From the IMG/VR virus record IMGVR_UViG_3300031993_000033, positions 32,001 to 96,000 of that record: a stretch of 64,000 bases of DNA, one strand, 5' to 3'. Under the pieces are notes generated by a model. The model was not told the DNA's origin. It made no database searches and saw nothing but the letters and a program-made list of their open reading frames with translations. Positions 38,884 through 47,569 of the stretch are shown one piece after another. The stretch is from a virus (Duplodnaviria; Caudoviricetes). The translations under genes and the position numbers were made by a program. How positions within the stretch are numbered: position 1 is the stretch's first letter; each line of letters begins with the position of its first letter.

Positions 38884-39747
38884 ATGAAAGTATTAAGTCT
38901 TTTTGACGGCATAAGTTGTGGAATGGTGGCACTTGAAAGGGCGGGCATTCCAGTAGAAAAATATGTTGCATATGAAATTGAGCCAAACGCTATAAAAGTA
39001 AGCGAAAAAAATTATCCTCAGATTGAGCACAAAGGAGATGTTACAACAGCGGATTTTAGAGAGTACGCAAATTTTGATTTACTTATTGGCGGTAGTCCGT
39101 GTCAGTCTTTGAGCATCGTACAGAGTAAGACAAGACAGAATCTTGATGGTAAAAGCAAATTATTTTTTGAGTTTGTAAGGGCTTTTGAAGAAATGAAGCC
39201 AAGATATTTCTTGTTTGAAAATGTGGCAAGTATGAAGGATGAATGCAAACAGGTTATATCTGAATGTTTAGGCTGTGAGCCAATCTTCATAGATAGTGCA
39301 GATTTCTCTGCTCAAAGTAGACCTCGCTATTATTGGACAAATATACCTGTAGATATGATGTATGAGAAATCTAATAAGGTTCTTGCAGATATTATGGAAA
39401 CGAATGTTGACGAAAATTTTTTCTACAATTATCCGTTGACGAATATTGATATGAGTAAACAAGTGTGTGCGATAATGGATTTTAAAAATCACGATATTCA
39501 CAAAAGAATTTTTAATCCTGCTTTTAAGTGCCATACTCTTACAACTTGTGGCGGTGGTAATACTCAAAAGAAAGTAATGGATAATGGCAGAGCAAGAAAA
39601 CTCACACCTCTTGAATATGAAAGATTACAAACGCTGCCAGATGAGTATACGAGCTGCGTTTCAAACACAGCAAGATACACAGCCATAGGTAATGGTTGGA
39701 CAGTTGATGTAATCGCTCATATTTTAAAGGGATTGGGTAACGTATAA
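38884..39747 (+). CDS. C5 cytosine DNA methyltransferase
   Basis: LSLFDG, GGSPCQ, ENV, Q.R.R, RKLTP.E.ERLQ, GNGW. Confidence 0.92.
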   Translation: MKVLSLFDGISCGMVALERAGIPVEKYVAYEIEPNAIKVSEKNYPQIEHKGDVTTADFREYANFDLLIGGSPCQSLSIVQSKTRQNLDGKSKLFFEFVRAFEEMKPRYFLFENVASMKDECKQVISECLGCEPIFIDSADFSAQSRPRYYWTNIPVDMMYEKSNKVLADIMETNVDENFFYNYPLTNIDMSKQVCAIMDFKNHDIHKRIFNPAFKCHTLTTCGGGNTQKKVMDNGRARKLTPLEYERLQTLPDEYTSCVSNTARYTAIGNGWTVDVIAHILKGLGNV

Positions 39748-39833
39748 TAGCCGAAAAGTGGCTCTATTTATCCAATAAAACTTTACTTTTATTGACTGAC
39801 AGAGTAACAAATTAGAAACAAGGAGGAATTTAA

Positions 39834-40799
39834 TTGAAGTTGACAATGATTGAATTATTTTCTGGCATAGGTGCTCAGATCAGAGGATTTAAAAACTCTG
39901 GTTTATTTGACACTGAGGTAATAGCAACATCAGAGATTGACAAAGATGCAATCGTGAGCTACGCTGCCGTTCACTGTGGACTTACACCAGAACTTATTGA
40001 GAACTATGATTATCCGCCCGTAGATGAAATGGTGGAGTACCTTGAAAGTCGTAACATTGGCTATGTCTTTGAGAAGAACAAGGCTTATGACTGGCAGAAG
40101 AAACGCAACAGTGCAGACTTAAAGAAGTATTATCTGGCATCAGTTCTTTCTAAGAATATGGGAGACATATCAAAGATAGAAGAATTGCCTTATGCAGACT
40201 TTGTAACATACTCGTTCCCATGCACCGACATCAGCATCGCTGGTCAGATTCAGGGCATTGAACGTGGTAAGACACGAAGCGGTTTGCTTTATGAAGTAGA
40301 ACGCTTACTCGCAAAGGCTAAAGAGACAGACACTCTGCCGAAGTTCTTACTTCTTGAAAATGTAAAGAATCTTGTATCACAGAGATTTAAGCCACAGTTT
40401 AATGAGTGGTGCGATTATCTCAGTGAGATTGGTTATAACACTTATTGGCAGATAGTCAATGCAAAGGATTGTGGCATACCTCAGAACCGGGAACGCGTAT
40501 TTGCTGTAAGTATACGCAAGGATGTAGACACTGGTAAGTTTGAGTTTCCACAGGCATTTGATACGGGCATACGTTTATTCCATGTTCTTGACTTTGATGT
40601 GAATGAGAAGTATATTCTCACATCTGATGCTGCTGGTAAGGCACTTGATGAGATGGCTAATAACGGCACACTCTCAGAGGAAGAAGAACTATGGAATGAG
40701 CTGTATGAGACACGCAATGACTTCCCTAATTACGGCATTATTTGCAATCAGCCTATCTATACATCTAACGATGTCACTATAGGGGGGCAGTTCCGATGA
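39834..40799 (+). CDS. C5 cytosine methyltransferase, N-terminal part (motifs I-VIII)
   Basis: ELFSGIG, SFPCTD, ENVKNL, PQNRERVF; stops just after G6 at 40782-40787. Confidence 0.88.
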   Translation: MKLTMIELFSGIGAQIRGFKNSGLFDTEVIATSEIDKDAIVSYAAVHCGLTPELIENYDYPPVDEMVEYLESRNIGYVFEKNKAYDWQKKRNSADLKKYYLASVLSKNMGDISKIEELPYADFVTYSFPCTDISIAGQIQGIERGKTRSGLLYEVERLLAKAKETDTLPKFLLLENVKNLVSQRFKPQFNEWCDYLSEIGYNTYWQIVNAKDCGIPQNRERVFAVSIRKDVDTGKFEFPQAFDTGIRLFHVLDFDVNEKYILTSDAAGKALDEMANNGTLSEEEELWNELYETRNDFPNYGIICNQPIYTSNDVTIGGQFR

Positions 40800-40895
40800 A
40801 TGACCAGAACGGATATTGTCGCACACTTAAACAGCAGTATGCTAAAACAGCTATTCAGAATTTAAAGGCACATTTGGTGCAACAGGAGTAGTTCA

Positions 40896-41039
40896 ATGGA
40901 AATAAAATATGTGGGACGAGTCCTTCCCTCTACTGGTAAGCAACATCAAAATCAAGAAGTAGCCAGTGGGGGGGGTGCAATGTGGTCACTCAAATCAACA
41001 GACTACAAAGGAGTTCCGAAAGTGTTGGTGAAAAAATGA
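40896..41039 (+). CDS. TRD-like mini-gene M1 (G8, in frame)
   Basis: MEIKYVGRVLPSTGKQHQNQEVASGGGAMWSLKSTDYKGVPKVLVKK; GGAG SD. Confidence 0.65.
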   Translation: MEIKYVGRVLPSTGKQHQNQEVASGGGAMWSLKSTDYKGVPKVLVKK

Positions 41040-41170
41040 ACGTAAAACTGCTAATGACAATGCCTAATATGTATGAACATAATGGGCGGTTGTATTCCGT
41101 AGGGGGGTATGTGTACTCTATCCACGAGAGAACACAAAGATCCCTGTAAGATACTAATAAGAAAGGTAAG
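41036..41170 (+). pseudogene. TRD-like mini-gene M2 (G6, out of frame)
   Basis: MNVKLL...RLYSVGG then shifted frame MCTLSTREHKDPCKILIRKV; G5 or G8 restores; end approximate. Confidence 0.55.
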
Positions 41171-41175
41171 TAAAG

Positions 41176-41341
41176 ATGAAAAATCAGATAAGAGTGGCGG
41201 TGGCATTGCCAACCAATTACAGTGAGCAAGGCATTGTCGTAAGCGGGGGGGGGTATTTCTAAGACAATACTTTCCAGAGATTACAAAGATGCCAAGAAGA
41301 TATTGATAAAGAGGGTTAAGAAATGCCAGACAAATACATAA
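41176..41341 (+). pseudogene. TRD-like mini-gene M3 (G9, out of frame)
   Basis: With G8 reads MKNQIRVAVALPTNYSEQGIVVSGGGISKTILSRDYKDAKKILIKRVKKCQTNT. Confidence 0.6.
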
Positions 41342-41496
41342 CCATAGGGGGGGTGGACATGACTGTGAATAAACCTTGCCCTATGCAGTATGCAAGTTGT
41401 ATTTTAACAAGATATGACAACGGAGTTAGCAATCAACAGAAAGCAAGAACTGGGGTGCTTCTAAAGAAAGTCAGAAAGGAAGATAAAAATGAGTGA
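41323..41496 (+). CDS. TRD-like mini-gene M4 (G7, in frame)
   Basis: MPDKYITIGGVDMTVNKPCPMQYASCILTRYDNGVSNQQKARTGVLLKKVRKEDKNE. Confidence 0.65.
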   Translation: MPDKYITIGGVDMTVNKPCPMQYASCILTRYDNGVSNQQKARTGVLLKKVRKEDKNE

Positions 41497-41981
41497 TGTG
41501 CACGATCTCTTATCTCCCGATGAAAGTAAAGATTACATAAGGGTAAAACAAGCTACGAAGCAAGGATATATCCTTTGTGAGAATGGTGGAGTGGCTGACC
41601 TATCCTATCCAAATTCAAAGCTGCGTCGTGGCAGAGTTCAGAGGGGGGGGGCAAACCTGCCCTACTCTCACCGCAGGTAATTGCAATATATACAGAATTG
41701 AAAGGAATGATAGTATGAACGTTGAAGATTGGGCTATCCGCAAATTAACTCCTACCGAATGTTGGAGACTGATGGGTTTTACTAATGAAGATGTAGAAAA
41801 GTGCAAGGCGGTAGGTATGAGTGATACTCAGCTCTACCGACAGGCTGGCAACAGCATCGTAACAAACTGCATTGAACTGTTAGCAGAACACCTTTATAAA
41901 GCACAGTATGATAATGACTATGAGTGTTATGACGAGAAGTTCTCCAATGTAGACAGACAGCTTGAATTTTCTTTTCAGTAA
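41489..41981 (+). CDS. module M5 plus C5 methyltransferase C-terminal part (motifs IX-X); frameshifted at G9; second start at ATG 41715
   Basis: QATKQGY..ADLSYPNSKLRRGRVQ | G9 41643-51 | QTCPTLT...IRKLTPTECWRLMGF..QLYRQAGNSIV. Confidence 0.8.
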
Positions 41982-41995
41982 CCCCTTTCACTTCC

Positions 41996-42154
41996 TTGCC
42001 AAAACTGGTGGGGGGGGTAGGAGAGAAGAATTATGGCACTCAATACCATCAGCAGCATAGAATATATAGTGGCTGTTGTGTAGGTATGTGTCATTGTTCA
42101 AATATCAGTGGAGGTAGTTATCACTACGCCTTTAAGGAGATAAAAAGTGAATGA
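41996..42154 (+). CDS. TRD-like module M6 (G8, in frame; start uncertain)
   Basis: PKLVGGVGEKNYGTQYHQQHRIYSG..GMCHCSNISGGSYHY; frame open from 41966, no clear SD. Confidence 0.5.
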   Translation: MPKLVGGVGEKNYGTQYHQQHRIYSGCCVGMCHCSNISGGSYHYAFKEIKSE

Positions 42155-42338
42155 ATTAAAACAAATAGCCGAACTCAAAATTCCACAGTGGACGGAGTGT
42201 CGGCGCAGAATATACACTACGGGGGGGGTATCTCCCACATTGAATGGCATAGGCAGAGGTGGCAACACTGAGCCTAAAATGCTTATAAGGAGCAAACATG
42301 AAGAACGAGATAAAAGTGATAGTAAATCTGCCGATTAA
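42147..42338 (+). CDS. TRD-like mini-gene M7 (G8, in frame)
   Basis: RRRIYTTGGVSPTLNGIGRGGNTEPKM; AAGGAG SD. Confidence 0.7.
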   Translation: MNELKQIAELKIPQWTECRRRIYTTGGVSPTLNGIGRGGNTEPKMLIRSKHEERDKSDSKSAD

Positions 42339-42456
42339 AGGCATGGATGTTATCAAGCGTTGTTACAGTGGGGGGGGTATTTCTCCTTCACTCACTACAA
42401 TGCAAGGTGGGCAGCGAGAACCCAAAATTTTACAACGTAGAATAGCCAAAAAGTAG
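42298..42456 (+). CDS. TRD-like mini-gene M8 (G8, in frame)
   Basis: MKNEIKVIVNLPIKGMDVIKRCYSGGGISPSLTTMQGGQREPKILQRRIAKK; AAGGAG SD. Confidence 0.7.
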   Translation: MKNEIKVIVNLPIKGMDVIKRCYSGGGISPSLTTMQGGQREPKILQRRIAKK

Positions 42457-42492
42457 CCCTAAAAAAGCAATAAAAGATTCGTTTTAAGTGAG

Positions 42493-43401
42493 GTGAGTAA
42501 TGTGATTTTCTTTCGAGAACGAGAAGATTACAACAAGGTTATCTCTGTTAAATTGGTGATTCCTTGTGGCTGTAATGCGAAGTGCCCGTTCTGCTACAAC
42601 AAAGATAAGCCTGTAGTACAATATGATATAAAAGGTTTTTTAGATAACTTTATCCCGTCTTTAGAACATCTCTTAAATGAAATAGGAGACAAGAATCCAG
42701 TATCTCTTGATATTACAGGTGGTGAGCCTACACTTGATGTCGATTTGTTATCACTTGTATTGATTAAGCTAAGAGAGTTCCACATAAAGGATAAAGTGTT
42801 GAGAGTTACTATGACAACTAATGGCACTAACCTTTATCAGATACCGATTGAGTTAATGAGAGATGTTGTGGATTATGTAAACATCTCAGTTCACGATTAT
42901 AGACAAGCAGAGCGAGAGAACATAATGCAAATTCATACGCCAGCTTTAGCCTATAAAAGAATTATCTCTCGATTAAACTCTGTTGGTATTACTGTATCGG
43001 CGGTAGCTGTTATTTTTCGTCCGATTGAAAACTTTAATCGGTGGCGAGATAATTTTATCAATTGGGCGCAGCAACAAGGTTTTATTTCAGTAAGGTTTAG
43101 ATGCGATGTATTTTGGCGTTATAAAGGTTATTTCACCAACTATATGTTTGATAGCAAAAAGGAAGATCAATTTGATATTATCAATTACGAGCATACATCT
43201 GATTCATGGTGGTGCAGATTAAGACGTAAAGACAGAATGAGAGTGTTCTTTCTGCAAGGAGTAGCAGATACCACGAAGTATACCAAAGGCATTGAATATG
43301 TCATTCACGATGACGGCAAATGTTATTGTGATTTTTACAAGAGAACGCCTATTGACAAATATGAATATGAGATAGGTAAAATTTATGATGCGATTAATTG
43401 A
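42493..43401 (+). CDS. radical SAM protein
   Basis: CNAKCPFC, ITGGEPT, TTNG. Confidence 0.88.
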   Translation: MSNVIFFREREDYNKVISVKLVIPCGCNAKCPFCYNKDKPVVQYDIKGFLDNFIPSLEHLLNEIGDKNPVSLDITGGEPTLDVDLLSLVLIKLREFHIKDKVLRVTMTTNGTNLYQIPIELMRDVVDYVNISVHDYRQAERENIMQIHTPALAYKRIISRLNSVGITVSAVAVIFRPIENFNRWRDNFINWAQQQGFISVRFRCDVFWRYKGYFTNYMFDSKKEDQFDIINYEHTSDSWWCRLRRKDRMRVFFLQGVADTTKYTKGIEYVIHDDGKCYCDFYKRTPIDKYEYEIGKIYDAIN

Positions 43402-43429
43402 TTAAACCTGTGTTTTATGAGGTGAAATA

Positions 43430-43804
43430 ATGAAAGATTTTTATGAAAGAGAAATCCAAGTGGGAGATATATGTGCTTTTTGGGACGGCGATCATCTTGA
43501 TAGTAGACGAATTTGGGGATATGAAGGCGACTCTGTTGAGATTTCAGACTATCACAAGACTTTAATTAAGAAAGCTAAAGAAGTTATAGACATTACTGCT
43601 ATCGAGAGACAGATACACTCAGAGACTTTTATCAATTCTGTAAAGACTCTTGATGTAAAACCTGATAGTACAGTGGTGGCGTCAATTATACCTAATCAAA
43701 TATCTTACACGGAAGCAACCAAAATGTTTGATGGTTTAAAGGCAATGTTTCCAAACAATGAGGTATCAATGGTTATGGGAGTTGATGTTACGGTTGAAAA
43801 TTAA
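43430..43804 (+). CDS. hypothetical protein
   Basis: GAGGTG SD; flanked by junction sites. Confidence 0.7.
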   Translation: MKDFYEREIQVGDICAFWDGDHLDSRRIWGYEGDSVEISDYHKTLIKKAKEVIDITAIERQIHSETFINSVKTLDVKPDSTVVASIIPNQISYTEATKMFDGLKAMFPNNEVSMVMGVDVTVEN

Positions 43805-43832
43805 ATTCTGCTTTTATGTGAAAGGAGACTGA

Positions 43833-44579
43833 ATGAGCAATATAGAATTATGGCAAGGCGACTGCCTTGAATTAATGGGCGGTATTCCAGATAAGAGTGT
43901 AGACTTGATTCTTTGCGATCTTCCTTATGGTACTACTAAGAATAAATGGGATAGCACCATTAATCTTGAATCTCTATGGGGGGCGTACAAACGCATCATA
44001 AAAGACAATGGTTGTATAGCACTCTTTGCTCAAACGCCATTTGATAAGGTATTAGGGGCAAGCAATCTTGATATGCTGAAGTATGAATGGATATGGGAGA
44101 AACCTATGGCTACTGGCAGATTGAATTGCAACTTTGCTCCTATGAAAGCACACGAGAATATATTAATCTTTTCCAAGAGTGCAGCTTGCTATGTCAAAGA
44201 CAAATCTCACGCAATGAAGTATTATCCTCAGATGACAGAGGGCAAACCTTATACGGCAATATCAGGTAGAGCCAGCACCAATTATGACACGAAATGGTCA
44301 AAGGAACAGTTGACAGTCAATCATGGCACACGTTATCCGAGAGATGTACAGAAGTTCACCCATGATAAAGATAAGTTCCACCCCACACAAAAGCCTGTTG
44401 CTCTGCTTGAATATCTCATTAAGACCTATACAGACGAAGGAGACTTAGTGCTTGACAATTGCATGGGTAGCGGTTCAACAGGCGTGGCAGCAAAGAACAC
44501 CAACAGAGATTTTATAGGCATAGAGCTTGATGAGAACTACTTTGAGATAGCTAAAAAGAGGATTGATGGTGAAAATTAA
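43833..44579 (+). CDS. N4-C/N6-A DNA methyltransferase (beta class), paralogue of 38059
   Basis: DLILCDLPYG, HPTQKPVALLEYLI, DNCMGSGSTG. Confidence 0.92.
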   Translation: MSNIELWQGDCLELMGGIPDKSVDLILCDLPYGTTKNKWDSTINLESLWGAYKRIIKDNGCIALFAQTPFDKVLGASNLDMLKYEWIWEKPMATGRLNCNFAPMKAHENILIFSKSAACYVKDKSHAMKYYPQMTEGKPYTAISGRASTNYDTKWSKEQLTVNHGTRYPRDVQKFTHDKDKFHPTQKPVALLEYLIKTYTDEGDLVLDNCMGSGSTGVAAKNTNRDFIGIELDENYFEIAKKRIDGEN

Positions 44580-44634
44580 CAGCCCGTTTTTGGCTATTTT
44601 ACGTAGGGGTAAATAAAAGGAGATGGTGTAATAT

Positions 44635-45840
44635 ATGATTGCGAACAGAGTAGAACAACAGATTATCCGCAGGACGCATTCGTTGTGGGGTGTCATTGAC
44701 GAAATGTGCTTTAATGCGAAGAATCTTTATAATTATGCTAATTATATTATTAGGCAGGAATATATTAATAACAAACGATATGTCTCATACAAAGAAATGA
44801 ACATCAATCTCAAAACACATCAGCAATATAAAGATTGTATGAGCCAACCTGCGAATTGTGTTCTGCGTTTGCTTGATAAGAATTGGAAGTCATTTTTTAA
44901 AGGTTTGAAAGAGTATGAAAAGAACCCAAAGAAATTTCTCGGCAGACCTCAAATGCCAAAATATCTCAAGAAAGATGGTAGATTCAATTGGATGATACCA
45001 AACAACGCTTGCTATTTTGAGAATGGGGAACTGAAATTTAGAGTGCTCAAATTGCAATCCGTTAGGTGGAAATGCAGATGTGTCGGCAGGTTAATTCAAG
45101 TGAGATTTGTCCCAAAGGGTTGTGTATACGTCATGGAGATAGTATCTCAGATTGAAGTTCCTGATGCTATGTCCGATAACAAGCGTATTGTAGGAATTGA
45201 TTTAGGTGTTAATAATCTTGCTACAACTTCAAATAATATTGGTGAGCAGCCATTTATTATTAACGGTAGAGGATTAAAGAGCATAAACCAATTCTATAAT
45301 AAACGCAGATCTGAACTACAATCTAAATTACCCAAAGGTCAGTTTTGGAGTAAACAACTTGAACAAATAACTTTCAAGCGGTTCAACAGAGTCAAGAATT
45401 ATATGCACCACGCAAGCCATTACATAGTCAAATGGTGTGTACAACATCAGATAGATACTTTAGTTGTAGGACATAACGACGAGTGGAAACAGAACCTTAG
45501 AATGGATAAAGTAAATTCGCAGAACTTTGTTTTTATTCCTTATAAAATGTTGATACAACAGCTTAAATATAAATGTGAAGATGTAGGCATTGAGTTTGTT
45601 GAAACTGAAGAAAGTTATACAAGTGGAACAAGTTTTTTAGATGGAGAACTACCGTGTAAAGAAAATTACAATAAAAGACGGAGAGTTAAAAGAGGGTTGT
45701 TTCAAGCAAATAATACTCTAATCAATTCAGACGTAAACGGCAGTTTGCAGATAATTAGAAAGGTATTTCCAGATGCTTTTAGCTATGGGATAGAGGTGTG
45801 TCTAACACCTACTATAATTAATGTAGTGAATGGGTGCTAA
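44635..45840 (+). mobile_element. tnpB: TnpB (IS200/IS605-family RNA-guided endonuclease), no tnpA
   Basis: AKNLYN, GIDLGVNN (RuvC I), YK....GI...EESYTS, NSDVNGS (RuvC III). Confidence 0.9.
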
Positions 45841-45874
45841 CCCAATAGAAGAAACATTTAATGCGAGGTGACTT

Positions 45875-46057
45875 ATGACCGACGAAACCAAGAAAGCCTT
45901 TAATAACGCCATCGCAAGTGCAAAAATGGAAGGCTTTAATTTTACAGATGAGCAACTTAACGAATTAGCATACTTCATTGAACGAGTATATGATGATAAA
46001 ATGACTTGGCAAGAAGCCGTAGATTCGCTTGTTAAAAAGTTTAGGAGGAATAATTAA
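45875..46057 (+). CDS. VbhA-like antitoxin family protein
   Basis: A..NAIAS..MEG motif. Confidence 0.6.
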   Translation: MTDETKKAFNNAIASAKMEGFNFTDEQLNELAYFIERVYDDKMTWQEAVDSLVKKFRRNN

Positions 46058-46275
46058 TGCTTGCAAGAAAAGAAAAGCCCATAACCGAAGCTCAGTACAA
46101 ACGAGCAATAGCCCGTGGTGGTTATCTCGACCCTGCGGATATGGATGAAATTTTTACTGACGTAGAGCAGTATGACTATGGGATATATGACGTAATGGTA
46201 TATCCTAAACACAATAACGAAACAAAGGAAGTCGCTTATATTGTGCAATATGTAACTTCCACAAACTGCGATTAA
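46057..46275 (+). CDS. hypothetical protein
   Basis: AGGAGG SD. Confidence 0.65.
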   Translation: MLARKEKPITEAQYKRAIARGGYLDPADMDEIFTDVEQYDYGIYDVMVYPKHNNETKEVAYIVQYVTSTNCD

Positions 46276-46286
46276 GGAGATAACTA

Positions 46287-46718
46287 ATGAGGATAATTGA
46301 GAACAACTATCAGGATAAGGAACAGGAATATGAGATTACTTGCCCACATTGTGAGTCAAAACTTGCCTACAAGTTTGATGATATTGTAAGTGATAGATTT
46401 GAGGGAGAATATCTGCATTGCGGTGCTTGCGATAAAGAGATTTATCTCGATGATGAAAACCCAACAGCCGATACCATACAATACCCAAAAGACTTCTTCT
46501 TGTATGCGGACGGTGTGCCAATAAAGGATGCCGAGATTAACAAATGGGTGAAAGAGTGCATAAATAATCTCGATAAAGAGACTGATTTCTCTTACAGGGC
46601 AAGTGGTAATACCATAGTTTTCGCCTATAAATCCGACGAGAACTTGCCCGCCGCTACAGTCATAGTGGCAAAGAATTACCAAGAAACAGACGTGAAAATT
46701 TCTCAAAAAAAATTTTGA
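46287..46718 (+). CDS. zinc-ribbon hypothetical protein
   Basis: CPHC...CGAC. Confidence 0.7.
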   Translation: MRIIENNYQDKEQEYEITCPHCESKLAYKFDDIVSDRFEGEYLHCGACDKEIYLDDENPTADTIQYPKDFFLYADGVPIKDAEINKWVKECINNLDKETDFSYRASGNTIVFAYKSDENLPAATVIVAKNYQETDVKISQKKF

Positions 46719-46725
46719 AAAACAC

Positions 46726-46754
46726 TTGACAAATGCAAGTCGGTGCGGTATAAT
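46726..46754 (+). promoter_or_regulatory. sigma-A-type promoter
   Basis: TTGACA-N17-TATAAT. Confidence 0.8.
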
Positions 46755-46844
46755 AGTATATAAAGGAGCGGTACGGCTTCTCGTAAACCCAGAGAAGTAT
46801 ATCCCTCGTATTTCTCGCAACAAATGAAAGGAATGGTGATAGAA

Positions 46845-47555
46845 ATGAAGTATCGAAAGACTTCACGCTACCGATGTCTCCTCTTAGGAGGAGTCAGAGC
46901 ATTAGCTATCTCACTTCTATTGGCTATTGGAATAGGTTGCCGTGGCAGTAGAAGCACAGACACAGAAGTTATACAACCTATGACCACGGAGGTGACAAGT
47001 ACAGAATGTACTACAACATCCTCTCAGACTACTACTGGTTTGAAATCAACAACGTCGTCTACGACCACAACAAGCACGATAATGACGGAATTGATGACGG
47101 TGGCAACGACAACGACCGAGAAGATTGTTTATCCGACTACTCCTGAGATTGAAACTCAGCCTTATGTGGTTGAGCCACAGACAGAAGCAGAGGTGCAGTC
47201 GGCAGGGGATTTGCCAATAAGCGATAGAGAGTATGAGCTTCTTTGTAAGATCGTTGCGTCTGAATATGGTGGTATGAGCGACGTTGGCGAACGAGCTAAA
47301 ATCGTTGCATCGGTCATGAACCAATCATATCGCACAGGGCAGTCTATCGAAAACTGCTTGTATACATCCTGTGTTCCATGGGGTTTCTGCCCTGACAACA
47401 CTTGGTATTGTAACGGTTCTGTTTATTATGGCGATATGGCAGATGCGGTTGATTATTACTTTGCAAATCAAAACACTATATTTGGTGATTGGCAAGCTGA
47501 TTCGTGGTATGCTTCTGGGTATGGAACTAACGTGTTCCATAGGCAATTATGGTAA
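46845..47555 (+). CDS. membrane-anchored cell-wall-hydrolase-like (SleB-type) protein
   Basis: TM/signal segment, Thr-rich linker, LLCKIVASE.G.....V..VMN. Confidence 0.6.
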   Translation: MKYRKTSRYRCLLLGGVRALAISLLLAIGIGCRGSRSTDTEVIQPMTTEVTSTECTTTSSQTTTGLKSTTSSTTTTSTIMTELMTVATTTTEKIVYPTTPEIETQPYVVEPQTEAEVQSAGDLPISDREYELLCKIVASEYGGMSDVGERAKIVASVMNQSYRTGQSIENCLYTSCVPWGFCPDNTWYCNGSVYYGDMADAVDYYFANQNTIFGDWQADSWYASGYGTNVFHRQLW

Positions 47556-47569
47556 AAAGGAGAAGATTA

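Noticed and set aside
40800-42456. Simple decayed methyltransferase pseudogene
   Set aside because: Most modules keep their own SD/start and breaks cluster at G-runs; not fully excluded without read data
39834-42456. Diversity-generating retroelement or group I/II intron as cause of the fragmentation
   Set aside because: No reverse transcriptase, no TR/VR pair, no intron-like core; the intervening DNA is coding-like
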